A stretch of DNA of 64,000 bases from Abditibacterium sp. (GTDB lineage: Bacteria; Armatimonadota; Abditibacteriia; Abditibacteriales; Abditibacteriaceae), in assembly GCA_965246885.1 (NCBI GenBank), contig OZ251992.1, forward strand, positions 2,944,001 to 3,008,000, read 5' to 3'. Shown here one piece after another: positions 6,642 to 16,472 of this stretch; position 1 is the stretch's first letter; each line of letters begins with the position of its first letter. The notes under the pieces were generated by a model. It did no database searches. It was not told the DNA's origin and saw only the letters and a program-made list of their open reading frames with translations. The position numbers were made by a program, and so were the translations under genes.

Positions 6642-9497
6642 TCAGGCTTCAACGAGGGCGATTTCGTCGGCGTCCAAGTCATACAACCGATAAACGAGCG
6701 CATCTATCCGGCGTTCGAGCGAAGTCAACCGCCCCTGCGCCAAGCGGATGTCGGCATCGGTCTCGGCCCGCGCGCGAGCGGCTTTGGTTTCGAGCATCTC
6801 AGACACCAGCTTCACCATATCGTCATGCGCCTTTTGGTCAGTGGCATCGTTGAAGTTGAGGGTGCGAATGGGCAATGATTTAACGTCTGCGGGATTAAGT
6901 TTAGGAAATACATCTTTGCCCAAATTGGACAAGAAGCGGGAGCCATACCATGAAACCAGTTTAGAATTGACTACGCCCAAGAAATAGAAGATGGAAGTCG
7001 GGCCATCAAAGGCTTTGAAAGGGGTGATACTGTGGCCGTAATACGCAGTTTCGGAGGTAAAAGTCGCTTGGATTCTTTTCTTCTCTCCGGGAATTTCTCT
7101 AAACAAGATGCGGTCGCCCTCGAAGAAACGTGGCTCGCGTGCGGCGCCGAGCCAATCGCCATAGTTCAACCATTCACCACTCCAGCCCAATGCATAACGG
7201 GATACATCCATTCCCGCCAACCACTTGCCGCAAGTATCGGAGACTTGAGTGTCGTGATGAAAACCGCGTTTCTTGATAAAATCGGGCGCGTGGCCTTTGT
7301 ATTTATCGTAGGCCGTAATGCCTTGAATGATTTCCCCGAATGTAGCGAGGGGAACCGATGCCACCTTAATCTTGTTGGCGACTTCAATTTCTGCTGGCAT
7401 CAGGCGATATTCTACGGAAAGCGTCGGCTCGGATAACCAATCGGAAGTTTGGAGTTCCCACTTATCGCCGTTGAGTCGGGAGATTGAGATTGTAGAATCG
7501 GTGTGGTGCGAGGGATTGCCTATTTTGAATAGGGGAACTACAGTGTTGACAACGGCTTGAGTAAAGATGTTCTCCCCGCATACAAGCAAAGAAACAAAGG
7601 CCGCTTTCTCGGAAATAATTTTGCGAATCGGGGCGGCTGTTTCCAACTTGAGCCATAATTCGGGCGTAATGTAAGACACGTAGCCACCAGTCTTAGTCAG
7701 ATTGATGGCTTGCTCGAAGAAGTAGATATAACTCTCGTATTTGTATCTGTAACTCTGGAACTTCTCGCGGATATACAGCTTCACTTCGGGGCCAAACTCG
7801 GCTCCGTAGGGCGGGTTTCCGATGATCGCGTCGAATCCGCCTGCGTTGAAGACTTCGGGGAAGGCGGCGCGCCAGTCCATCGGGTTGATTTTGGCGAGGG
7901 TTTCGGGGTCGGCTTCGATGTCGTAGTCCACCAAAGCGTTGCCGCACACGATGTTTTTGTCGAGGTCTGGCAGAACGCGCTCGCCCAAATCCAGAGAGAA
8001 CTGGCGCGCGGACGAGTCGGTTTCGTCTTCGAGCAGTTTGAGATACAGCGACAGCTTCGAGACTTCGACGGCTTGGGCGTCTATGTCGTTGCCGTAGATG
8101 TTTTGGAGCAGGATGGCCCGCCGTTGGGCGAGCGACAAGCGAAAAACCCCGTTCTCTTCGAGGCAGCCATCGCGCTTAGCTTGAGCAGGGTTAGCGTTGT
8201 AATACGCGGAGTGAAAGCGGAGCAGGAAACTGAAAGCGCCCAGCAGAAAGGAGCCACTGCCGCACGAAATATCGGCGATTTTAAAGCGCGCGACTTCTTT
8301 CGGAGTGCGCCCGGACAAAAGCGGCCCCAGCGTTTGCTCGCAGAGGTATTGGACGATGAACTCTGGGGTGTAATACACGCCGCCCGCTTTGCGGACTTCG
8401 GGCTTGGGTTCGACGGTGGCGCGATTCCCTTGGATGCAGATTTCGTTGCCCAGAAAGCGTTCGTAGATGGAGCCAAGCAGGGGAATGGGGATGAGATTGA
8501 AGAGGAAGGGCGTGTTTTGGTTAGAGATGCGCCAGCAGATGTCGGCCCACACGCTGCCTTGCGGTGCGAAACCCTCGGCATCCAAGAGGGCATGATGGCG
8601 CCACAAGACGCCGTTGTATTTGGCGTTTAAGGCGGCGGCGGCGGCGTGGAAACTCCTCCACGCATCGCCGTCGTTCCAGCGCGACACGCGGTCTTCGGGT
8701 TCAATCAGCTTATCTTCCAAAAAGCGCAGAAAGACCAATCTGTCGAGGGTGCGTTGCGTAATTTCCGTGAGCGCGGGGGCGGTTAAGGAGGGGTTGCCGC
8801 GCAGGAAGGCGTTGGCGAGCTTGGCGCGCGATTCTTCGAGTTCACCCAGAAACGTCTGGTCAACGGGCTTGGCGCTCGCATTGAAAAGGCGCAGTTGGCG
8901 GCCTTTGGCGCCGGGGGTGGCGGCCAAGTCCGCCACGAACCGTTCGATGCTTCCCGATGCGACGGCCTCGCGCGCGAGCAGGTTATACAGGGTTTGAAAA
9001 GTCGCGGCGTCCAGCAAGTCGCGGTAGTGCCATTTGCCCACCACGCGGGTGGTGGCCGAAGGCAGGTCAGGCAGGGCGCGGCAATCCAACACGAAAAAGT
9101 CCTCGAAGTCGGAAAGGATGGACAAGGGGTTGCCGACGTTGTAGCCGTAGCGGATGGCTTGGAAGCAGTCCTCGCGGTTGGGCAGCTTGCGCGCGGGTTT
9201 CTTGGCTTCGACAAAGAAGCGCACGCGCTCGAACGCGGGCGCGATGGAAAAAGCATAGTCGGCGCTTTTGCGCCCCTCGGCCATCACGACCGATTGCTCG
9301 ATGCGCACCTCGCGGGCTTTGGGGTCGGCGCGCGCGGTGTTGGAAACGTCCCACCCCAGCGCGGCGAAGAACTTATCGAGAAAGTCGAGCCTTAGCTGGG
9401 CTTCTTTGTAATCGGGCGCGAAGTAGGTGTCTTTGTTGGTATGAAAGTCGTGGATGAGGTCGCACACGAGTTCATGGGGAGTGGGCGCGGGGGACAT
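6642..9497 (-). CDS. Type IIG restriction-modification enzyme (nuclease + N6-adenine MTase + TaqI_C-like TRD)
   Basis: ADY...VEAKKP nuclease motif, GVYYTP, DISCGSGSFL (motif I), IIGNPPY (motif IV), C-terminal IDALVYRLYDL. Confidence 0.92.
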   Translation of the reverse strand: MSPAPTPHELVCDLIHDFHTNKDTYFAPDYKEAQLRLDFLDKFFAALGWDVSNTARADPKAREVRIEQSVVMAEGRKSADYAFSIAPAFERVRFFVEAKKPARKLPNREDCFQAIRYGYNVGNPLSILSDFEDFFVLDCRALPDLPSATTRVVGKWHYRDLLDAATFQTLYNLLAREAVASGSIERFVADLAATPGAKGRQLRLFNASAKPVDQTFLGELEESRAKLANAFLRGNPSLTAPALTEITQRTLDRLVFLRFLEDKLIEPEDRVSRWNDGDAWRSFHAAAAALNAKYNGVLWRHHALLDAEGFAPQGSVWADICWRISNQNTPFLFNLIPIPLLGSIYERFLGNEICIQGNRATVEPKPEVRKAGGVYYTPEFIVQYLCEQTLGPLLSGRTPKEVARFKIADISCGSGSFLLGAFSFLLRFHSAYYNANPAQAKRDGCLEENGVFRLSLAQRRAILLQNIYGNDIDAQAVEVSKLSLYLKLLEDETDSSARQFSLDLGERVLPDLDKNIVCGNALVDYDIEADPETLAKINPMDWRAAFPEVFNAGGFDAIIGNPPYGAEFGPEVKLYIREKFQSYRYKYESYIYFFEQAINLTKTGGYVSYITPELWLKLETAAPIRKIISEKAAFVSLLVCGENIFTQAVVNTVVPLFKIGNPSHHTDSTISISRLNGDKWELQTSDWLSEPTLSVEYRLMPAEIEVANKIKVASVPLATFGEIIQGITAYDKYKGHAPDFIKKRGFHHDTQVSDTCGKWLAGMDVSRYALGWSGEWLNYGDWLGAAREPRFFEGDRILFREIPGEKKRIQATFTSETAYYGHSITPFKAFDGPTSIFYFLGVVNSKLVSWYGSRFLSNLGKDVFPKLNPADVKSLPIRTLNFNDATDQKAHDDMVKLVSEMLETKAARARAETDADIRLAQGRLTSLERRIDALVYRLYDLDADEIALVEA

Positions 9498-9541
9498 GGG
9501 CGGGGGGGAGGCAGCGAATGGGGCGAGAAAAGCAGCAGTTT

Positions 9542-9621
9542 CGTCATCCTGAGCTTGCGAAGGAGCTATAGCGACTGGGTTTGTTCAGTCATTTGAGATC
9601 CTTCGCAAGCTCAGGATGACG
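9542..9621. repeat. 80-bp REP-like palindromic element with perfect 23-bp arms
   Basis: CGTCATCCTGAGCTTGCGAAGGA (9542-9564) is the exact reverse complement of 9599-9621. Confidence 0.85.
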
Positions 9622-9701
9622 GTTTTCCTGACTTTGGTTACGCTTCCCGTGCCCAAAGGCCGCCCCTTGAAGCCCCAGAACAGAAGGAGGAGGTTACCAA
9701 C

Positions 9702-10805
9702 CTAATCCAACTCCCCTTCGGGCAAGTTGGCGGGCATCGGGGCGGGGCGGGCGCAGGTGGATTTGACTTCGATTTGCGTGCGTTCGTTGCTCGCGTCGTG
9801 GAAAGCGTGCATCAGGTCGAGGACGTGATAAGCGAGGCGCTCGTTGCACCTGTGGTCGCGGCCCGTGCGGATGGCGTAAATCATATCGGCCATGCCGATG
9901 CCGCGCGCATGGTCGGCGTAATTGGGGTGCGACAAGGAAACAGATTTGACTTCCTCGCCCGCCAGTTGCACTTGCACGTCGCCGCCAAACCCGTTGGGGT
10001 CGGGCACGTACAGTGTGCCTTTGGTACCGTAAATTTCGATGTCGGGCAAGCGGTGGGCTTGCACGTCGAAGCTCATGTTGATGGTGGCCAAAGCGCCCGA
10101 CGCGAACTCGAAGGTGCCGACGATGTGCGTGGGCACCTCGACCGCGATTGTTTGCCCCGCTTTGGGTTGCGAGGTAATCAGGCGCTCTTTGTGGGTAGTG
10201 CGGGTGTGGCCCGCCACGCTTTGGACGGGGCCGAGCAGTTGCACGAGGTCGGTCAGGTAATACGGCCCCATGTCGAACATCGGGCCGCCGCCTTTTTTGT
10301 AGTAAAAGTCGGGGTTGGGGTGCCAATCTTCGTGCCCGCCATTGCCCCAGAAGGCGCTCGCGCCGACAACCTCGCCGATGACCCCGTCGTCTATGAGTTG
10401 GCGGCACGTCTGATGGGCGCCACCCAAAAACGTATCGGGCGCGCTTCCGACGCGCAGCCCTTTTTGGTGCGCCAGTTGGTTGATGGCGAGGGCTTCTTCG
10501 CGGGTGACGGTGAACGGTTTCTCGGTGTAGACGTGCTTGCCCGCTTCGAGACAGCGCAGCATGACGGGGCCGTGCGCCTGAGGGATGGTCAGGTTGATAA
10601 CGAAAGAAAGCGACTCATCCGCGAGCAGTTCGTCCACCGTGCAAGCGCGGGGGATGTTCCACTGCGCGGCTTTGGCTTTAGCCGCGTCGAGGTTGAGGTC
10701 GGCGCACGCCGCGATGTCGAAGAACGAGAACTTGGCGCCCGTCGAGAAGTAGGCGTCGGAGATATTGCCGCAGCCGATAATGCCGATTTGGGTGGTTGTT
10801 GTCAT
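9702..10805 (-). CDS. Gfo/Idh/MocA family oxidoreductase
   Basis: IGIIGCGNI, GKHVYTEKP, GGGPMFDMGPY. Confidence 0.93.
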   Translation of the reverse strand: MTTTTQIGIIGCGNISDAYFSTGAKFSFFDIAACADLNLDAAKAKAAQWNIPRACTVDELLADESLSFVINLTIPQAHGPVMLRCLEAGKHVYTEKPFTVTREEALAINQLAHQKGLRVGSAPDTFLGGAHQTCRQLIDDGVIGEVVGASAFWGNGGHEDWHPNPDFYYKKGGGPMFDMGPYYLTDLVQLLGPVQSVAGHTRTTHKERLITSQPKAGQTIAVEVPTHIVGTFEFASGALATINMSFDVQAHRLPDIEIYGTKGTLYVPDPNGFGGDVQVQLAGEEVKSVSLSHPNYADHARGIGMADMIYAIRTGRDHRCNERLAYHVLDLMHAFHDASNERTQIEVKSTCARPAPMPANLPEGELD

Positions 10806-10826
10806 AGTGGTGATTGAAGTTCGGGG

Positions 10827-11480
10827 TTAGCGCGCCGCCCACAGCATGCCGCGCCGCACGGTTTCGGCGGCTTCGGGCACCTCGAAGTCGGAGTTGACGT
10901 GGCCCAAAGAGGAGTAGAACACGCGCCCTTGTCCCCACTGCCGCGTCCAGAGGACGGGCATGACGGTTCCGGCGACCCAGTGGGCGCCCTCGTGTTCGCC
11001 GGAAAAGGTGGTGGTCGCCAAGACCTTGTTGCCGGGATCGGTGTGCATATAGTACTGCTCGGAGTGCATCTCGAAGTCCGACAAGCCGCGCGTGATTTCG
11101 TGCTCGTGGTCGGTGATATTGACCGTGTAGCGAATGATGTTGCCGGGGTGCGCGACCCACTGGCCACCGGTCATCCACTGATAAGAGGTGTTGTTGCGGA
11201 ACGCATCGCCGGTTCCGCCGTGCCACCCCGCGAGACCCACACCCGATTTTACGGCAGCGAGCAGCCCGGCTTCTTGCGCATCGGTGATGCTCCCCATCGT
11301 CCAGATGGGCACGATAAGGGAAAGCGAGGCGAGGTAGTCCGCGTCCAAGTAAACGTCGAGGTGGTTCTCGACGCGCGTCTCGAAGCCCTGCTCTTGCAAG
11401 AACGGCACGAAGCGTTCGACGACCTGCTGCGGCTCATGCCCATCCCATCCGCCCCAAACCAAAAGTGCTTTTTTGTTCAT
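10827..11480 (-). CDS. ThuA-like domain protein
   Basis: [28 protein letters not shown]. Confidence 0.88.
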   Translation of the reverse strand: MNKKALLVWGGWDGHEPQQVVERFVPFLQEQGFETRVENHLDVYLDADYLASLSLIVPIWTMGSITDAQEAGLLAAVKSGVGLAGWHGGTGDAFRNNTSYQWMTGGQWVAHPGNIIRYTVNITDHEHEITRGLSDFEMHSEQYYMHTDPGNKVLATTTFSGEHEGAHWVAGTVMPVLWTRQWGQGRVFYSSLGHVNSDFEVPEAAETVRRGMLWAAR

Positions 11481-11552
11481 AGCGGAAAAAGCATAACGCG
11501 CTTTTGCGGGCGCGGGCGAGAGCGCTGCGGCGAGTTCTTAAACTGGCACGCT

Positions 11553-12620
11553 ATGGATACAGCAAGAGTGGGGATTATTGGGGCGTCGGGGTATACGGGA
11601 AGCGAGTTGGCGCGATTGCTCAGTGGGCACGGCTTCGCGGAGCTTACGGTGGCGACGGCGTCGGGGGAACGGGTGGGGCTGCGGTTGTCGGAGTTGTTTC
11701 CGCACTTGCGCGGGGTGTGCGACCTCACGCTGGAAGAGTTAGAGTTGGACGGATTCGCGGCGCGTTGCGATGTCGCGGTAATTGCCTTGGGGCACGGTAA
11801 GGCGCTCGAAGTGGCGGGGCCGTTATTGGAGCGCGGGGTGCGCCTCATTGACTTGGGCGCGGACTTCCGCTTGCGCGACGCGGGGGTTTATAAAGAGTGG
11901 TATCACCTCGAACACACCGCGCCCGACGCGCTGGCGAGCGCCGTGTATGGCTTGACGGAATGGAATCGGGACGGGGTGCGCGGCGCGCGCTTGGTGGCGA
12001 ATCCGGGGTGCTATCCGACGTCGGCGGTGCTGGCCTTGGCGCCGTTTGTGGCGGCAGGGGCGATAAAAGCGCATTCGATCATCGTGGACAGCGCGTCGGG
12101 CGTGTCGGGCGCGGGGCGCGCGTCGTTTGGCGTGGGGACGCACTTCCCGGAGCACTATGGCGACTTCCGCGCTTACAACGTGGCGGGACACCGCCACACG
12201 CCGGAAATAGAGCAAGGGCTAACCGACGCGGCGGCGCCTTCGGGCGACGAGTTGGCGGCGGTGGTCACGTTCACGGCGCACCTATTGCCGGTGGCAAGGG
12301 GGATTCTTTCGACGTGCTACGCGGCGCCGTTGTCGGAGCTAAGCGCGGCGCAGGCGCATAGCATCTTGGCCGAGCGATACGCGGATGAGCGCTTCGTGCG
12401 CGTGTTGCCGCCCGGCCAGTGGCCCTCGATTAAGGGCGTGAACGGCTCGAACTTTTGCGACATCGGCTGCACGGTGGATGCGCGCACGGGGCGTTTGATT
12501 GTCGTGTCGGCGCTGGACAACTTGCTCAAGGGCGCGAGCGGGCAAGCGGTGCAAAACCTCAACGTGATGTGCGGCTTTCCCGAAGAAACGGGTTTACTGG
12601 GCGCCCCAGTCTTTCCGTGA
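11553..12620 (+). CDS. argC: N-acetyl-gamma-glutamyl-phosphate reductase
   Basis: GASGYTG, DLGADFRL, ANPGCYPT, SGVSGAG, HRHTPEI, DNLLKGASGQAVQN. Confidence 0.97.
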   Translation: MDTARVGIIGASGYTGSELARLLSGHGFAELTVATASGERVGLRLSELFPHLRGVCDLTLEELELDGFAARCDVAVIALGHGKALEVAGPLLERGVRLIDLGADFRLRDAGVYKEWYHLEHTAPDALASAVYGLTEWNRDGVRGARLVANPGCYPTSAVLALAPFVAAGAIKAHSIIVDSASGVSGAGRASFGVGTHFPEHYGDFRAYNVAGHRHTPEIEQGLTDAAAPSGDELAAVVTFTAHLLPVARGILSTCYAAPLSELSAAQAHSILAERYADERFVRVLPPGQWPSIKGVNGSNFCDIGCTVDARTGRLIVVSALDNLLKGASGQAVQNLNVMCGFPEETGLLGAPVFP

Positions 12621-12690
12621 GACGTACAAAGCGGCACCCGCCCCGCGTGTCAGGCGTTGAATTGGGGGAGTTTTCGGGAGGTGAATCCAC

Positions 12691-13236
12691 ATGAAGAGAA
12701 TCGGCATTATTTCCGACACCCATCTCAGCGAAAGCGGGCGGCGCGGCGTGCCCGAACGGGTGATCGAGTATTTCAGGGGCGTTGACCTCATCATTCATGC
12801 GGGCGATTTCACGTCCCGCCGGGCGGTCAAAGACCTCGAAGCCATCGCGCCCGTTGTCGGCGTGCGGGGCAACAACGACCCCGCGCATCTGGGCCTGCCC
12901 CGCGCGCGGCGCGTCGAGGTGGAGGGCGTGGTCGTCGGTTTGTGTCACGGCGACCGGGGCCGCGACAACGACTATTACAAGCCGCTCGACCAGTTCCCCG
13001 GCAACGCCATGACCGCCGCCAACGCGCTGAGTCAGTTCGAGTTCGAGGACGACGTGTCCATCCTCATCTTTGGCCACTCGCACAACCCGATGACGATGTG
13101 GCACCGCTTCGAGGGCCGCACCCTGCTCTTTTTCAACCCCGGCTCTCCCACCGACAAACGTTGGGGGCCAAAATATGCGTGCGGCCTGTTGGAAGTGGAC
13201 GGAACGGACGTGAACCCGCAGTTGTTGATGTGGTAA
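12691..13236 (+). CDS. YfcE-like metallophosphoesterase
   Basis: SDTH, HAGD, GNND, GHSH, NPGS; SD GGAGGTG upstream. Confidence 0.92.
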   Translation: MKRIGIISDTHLSESGRRGVPERVIEYFRGVDLIIHAGDFTSRRAVKDLEAIAPVVGVRGNNDPAHLGLPRARRVEVEGVVVGLCHGDRGRDNDYYKPLDQFPGNAMTAANALSQFEFEDDVSILIFGHSHNPMTMWHRFEGRTLLFFNPGSPTDKRWGPKYACGLLEVDGTDVNPQLLMW

Positions 13237-13254
13237 AGCGGAGAAAATTACGCT

Positions 13255-13536
13255 ATGCAAACTTCTTATATCTTGAGCGACTACATTCACCGCGCAATGG
13301 CCGAGGCGCACTACGACAAGTTGGAAGACGATTCCTTTGGTGGACGCATCCCCGCGTGCCAAGGCGTCATCGCTTTCGGCTCGACGTTACGCGAGTGCGA
13401 GGAGGAGTTGCACTCCACGCTCGAAGAGTGGATTTTGCTGGGCCTGAAGCTGGGCCACGCCTTGCCGGAAGTCGGAGGCATCAATCTGAACGGGGAGCCA
13501 ATCAATGAATCGCTGGAATCCGTGTCGGCGCTCTGA
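13255..13536 (+). CDS. hicB: HicB family antitoxin (short form)
   Basis: GRIPACQGVIAFGSTLRECEEELHSTLEEWI..GHALP. Confidence 0.85.
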   Translation: MQTSYILSDYIHRAMAEAHYDKLEDDSFGGRIPACQGVIAFGSTLRECEEELHSTLEEWILLGLKLGHALPEVGGINLNGEPINESLESVSAL

Positions 13537-13735
13537 GTTCATCCGCCGCCTGCGCGCGCTGGGCTTCACAGGGCCGTTCTCTGGAACAAAGCACCAGTTC
13601 ATGCTGTTAGGCAGCCACCGCCAAACCATTCCGAGCAACGACGAGTTCTCCGTCCCGCAACTGCGGATGATGCTCCGCGAAGTCGAAGCGATTCTGGGAC
13701 GGGAGATTACGTTGGTGCAGTGGAACACACTGTAA
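13505..13735 (+). CDS. hicA: HicA family toxin
   Basis: IRRLRALGF..SGTKHQFM..TIP; overlaps hicB. Confidence 0.85.
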   Translation: MNRWNPCRRSEFIRRLRALGFTGPFSGTKHQFMLLGSHRQTIPSNDEFSVPQLRMMLREVEAILGREITLVQWNTL

Positions 13736-13754
13736 CCGCAAAGCCAAACGACAG

Positions 13755-13782
13755 GGCGCCCGCTTCGATTGGAGCGGGCGCC
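13755..13782. terminator. Hairpin between convergent hicA and ECF sigma genes
   Basis: ggcgcccgcttc-gatt-ggagcgggcgcc, 12-bp stem with one G-U pair. Confidence 0.65.
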
Positions 13783-13797
13783 GTTCCTTCCCTCGCC

Positions 13798-14625
13798 TTA
13801 TAAGTTCAAATACGAGCGCAGCTTGCGATGAAGTTGGTCGCGTCCGCGCGCAAGTCTCGACTTCACGGTGCCCGTCGGGACGCCTAAGATGCGGGCGATG
13901 TCGTTGACTTCCATGCCTTGAAAGTGGTGCATGACGATGACGGCTTTGTGGTCGTTGGAGAGCGTAAGAACCGCTTCGCGCACGCGGCGTTGGAGTTCGT
14001 CGCCCGTTAATAACTCTTCGGGCAACTTGCCTTGGTCGGGGAACTCCATCGGCTCGACATCGCCTTCGTCATCGGCGCGCGGGGTGTCCATGCTTTGGAA
14101 GCGGACGCGCTTCTTGCGGCGCGCGCGGTCGCGGCACAGGTTCAGCGCGATGCGATACAGATAAGTCGAGAACGCCTCATCCGCGCGAAGTGTCGGAAGC
14201 GCGTCGTAGAGGCGCATGAACACGTCTTGCGTTACGTCCTGCGCGTCGTCGGGGTCGCCGAGCATGCCATACACCGCGTTGTAGATGCGGCGGTGATACA
14301 TTTGGTAGATTTCCTCGAACGCCTTGAGGTCGCCTTCTTTGGCGCGTTGGAGGACGGCGAGGAAAGCTAACTTTTCGGGCGAGGGCGCGGGCTTTTCGGG
14401 CGGCGCTTCTTCGCCGGTGTCCTGGCCCTCGTCACCTAACGCGTCGCTCAGGTCGAGGTCGCCTTCGGCCTGCGTGTCGAGAACGTCGGCGGTTTCAAGG
14501 TCGGCGGCGCTTGGCGACGCTTCGTCGGGCGCGAGGGGTTCGCCCGCGAGCGCGCCCCCCAACGGAGCGGCAAAGGGCGCGATGGAGAACCCCTGCGGGA
14601 AAGGATGAAGGATAGAATGGGTCAT
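13798..14625 (-). CDS. ECF sigma-70 factor with acidic N-terminal extension
   Basis: DAQDVTQDVF, FSTYLYRIALN, IARILGVPTGTVKSRLARGR. Confidence 0.95.
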   Translation of the reverse strand: MTHSILHPFPQGFSIAPFAAPLGGALAGEPLAPDEASPSAADLETADVLDTQAEGDLDLSDALGDEGQDTGEEAPPEKPAPSPEKLAFLAVLQRAKEGDLKAFEEIYQMYHRRIYNAVYGMLGDPDDAQDVTQDVFMRLYDALPTLRADEAFSTYLYRIALNLCRDRARRKKRVRFQSMDTPRADDEGDVEPMEFPDQGKLPEELLTGDELQRRVREAVLTLSNDHKAVIVMHHFQGMEVNDIARILGVPTGTVKSRLARGRDQLHRKLRSYLNL

Positions 14626-14725
14626 GCTGCAAAGGACGGCAACGGGGTAAAGGCCCGCGTCGTCGGGTTGACTTTCGGTTCGGATGCTTCTAAGTTAAAC
14701 GCAACAAGCCGTCTTGATGTCACGC

Positions 14726-14752
14726 GAGACTTCAAACGGCGGCTGAGGTTCC
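14726..14752 (-). promoter_or_regulatory. ECF-type promoter GGAACC-N16-GTCTC
   Basis: About 100 nt upstream of the ECF sigma start; matches the AAC...GTC pattern of RpoE-like promoters. Confidence 0.6.
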
Positions 14753-14839
14753 GGCAATTTCTCCCGAAAGTTGCAAGTCAAAGGCCCCGATTTCGGCGCT
14801 TTCGCGGGGCAAAGCGTTACGCAATCCGGGGGCAGAAGA

Positions 14840-15076
14840 TTAGGAGTCGGCCTTGGCTTGCAAGTCGCGCATCATGCGCTCGATTTGCTCTAACTTGCGC
14901 TCGCACGACTCGATCATCTTGTCAGCTTTGTCGGCGGGCGAGCGCTCCAATTCGGCGCGCACGCGTTGGCGCCACACGTACGTCGAAAGCGCGGCGCCCG
15001 CCAACACGCCGAGCGTGATGCCGCCATAAAGGAGGGCTTCGGAAGGGCCGTTCACGACGGCGAATTTGCGGTTCAT
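14840..15076 (-). CDS. Small hypothetical membrane protein (one TM helix + coiled coil)
   Basis: Hydrophobic LLYGGITLGVLAGAAL; starts 2 nt after the response regulator stop. Confidence 0.7.
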   Translation of the reverse strand: MNRKFAVVNGPSEALLYGGITLGVLAGAALSTYVWRQRVRAELERSPADKADKMIESCERKLEQIERMMRDLQAKADS

Positions 15077-15078
15077 TT

Positions 15079-15513
15079 CTAATCCAGAGTGTAAACGTCG
15101 TCGCTGATTTCAAACGTCTTCTCGTCTTGCGCGCGAAGCTCCGTTTGCGTGTCGAAGATGCGCTTGACAAAAGTCAGCAGTTCCAGTGGGTTGAACGGCT
15201 TGGTCAAGTACAAATCCGCCCCACTCTGCCAGCCGTGAAACACGTCCGCGTCTTGCGCTTTGGCGGTCAGCATGATGACGGGGATGTCCGAAGTGAACGG
15301 ATCTTCCTTCAGCTTTTGGAGCGCCTCGAAACCGTCCATAATAGGCATCATCACGTCCATCACGATCAAGTCCGGCATAAAGTCGCGCGTCTTATCCAAC
15401 GCTTCTTGGCCATTCGAGCCAGTGGCGACCTCATAACCCGCTTTTTCCAAGTTGATCTGCACCAAGCGCAGGATGTGCTTTTCGTCGTCAACGGCCAAAA
15501 TTTTCTTGCTCAT
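15079..15513 (-). CDS. Single-domain response regulator
   Basis: ILAVDDE, DLIVMDVMMP, MLTA, YLTKPF. Confidence 0.95.
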   Translation of the reverse strand: MSKKILAVDDEKHILRLVQINLEKAGYEVATGSNGQEALDKTRDFMPDLIVMDVMMPIMDGFEALQKLKEDPFTSDIPVIMLTAKAQDADVFHGWQSGADLYLTKPFNPLELLTFVKRIFDTQTELRAQDEKTFEISDDVYTLD

Positions 15514-15624
15514 AAGCTCTATTATCCTCTAACCCGCCACGTGGCAAAATCCCGTCCACCCCGCGCGAAACGGCAAAGGAGCCGTCATTTTACCCCGTTG
15601 CGCGCCCCATCTCAAGAAGTAAAG

Positions 15625-16410
15625 TCAAGGAAGCGGCGCCGCGCCCGCCAAAGTCCAGATTTGTGTGCCATATTTCGCGGCTTCCAACGCTTCGATTTCT
15701 GCCTGCTCCTCTTCGCTCCACGCTTCCTCCTGAAGCCTCGTCTCACACGCCTCTTCAAAGCCTGCGCACAGCGCGGCGATGACGGCATCACTTTCTGCAA
15801 AGACGCCCAACTCTTGCAACGAAGTGGCACCTGTCATCGGCCCGCCGGTTTTCTCTTCCCACTGCCGCGCGTCCATCGCCAGCAACAGCGAGCCGTGCTG
15901 CAAAAAGGCGCTCTCCAAGCGGCACTGCGCGGCGCCGATGAGCTTCTTGCCGCCCACTACAAAGTCGCACGCCGCACTCGCCGCGAAACAGTTCGGCCCG
16001 CCCTCGCCGCTCTTGAAGTGTGGCGCCAATTCCGAGCGCACCCCCAAACTCTCCAAACCCAGCAAAAACCCGCGCGACAGCCACTCATAGGCACCTTGCA
16101 CCGAGCGCGCATGGTCGGGCAAAAAAGCGAGCGGCGCGCTAATCGAGTACGTTATCTCATGGGCGTGCCAGACGGCCCGTCCGCCCGTCGGACGCCGCAC
16201 GACGTCAAAATCGCGTTCCGCTTCCGGCACCTTCGCCCCCGGTGGCAACGCCTTTTGTAAGCGCCCCAGCGACAAACAGCGCGGCGCGAAACCGTAAAAG
16301 CGCAGCGTCGGAAGCGGGAGTGCTCCCGCGTTTTGCCGGAGCAAGGTTTCGTCGGCGGCCATGTTCCACGCGCCGGAATGAGGGGAATCGAGAAGCAGGC
16401 GCAATTGCAT
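15625..16410 (-). CDS. Lipoate-protein ligase / octanoyltransferase (LipM-like)
   Basis: NMAADE, RRPTGGRAVWH, GKKLIGAAQ, LQHGS. Confidence 0.9.
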   Translation of the reverse strand: MQLRLLLDSPHSGAWNMAADETLLRQNAGALPLPTLRFYGFAPRCLSLGRLQKALPPGAKVPEAERDFDVVRRPTGGRAVWHAHEITYSISAPLAFLPDHARSVQGAYEWLSRGFLLGLESLGVRSELAPHFKSGEGGPNCFAASAACDFVVGGKKLIGAAQCRLESAFLQHGSLLLAMDARQWEEKTGGPMTGATSLQELGVFAESDAVIAALCAGFEEACETRLQEEAWSEEEQAEIEALEAAKYGTQIWTLAGAAPLP

Positions 16411-16472
16411 GAGAAGAGAGGGCGGGCAGTTCGGGACACTGTCACATCAGAAGAACGCCCACGTCGGCGGCG

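Noticed and set aside
10899..11552. 573-aa argC with a long N-terminal extension
   Set aside because: The extension is antisense to the ThuA gene; ArgC homology starts at ATG 11553
16435..16446. Third copy of the LacI operator
   Set aside because: Only the right half (CTGTCACA) matches; it is not palindromic
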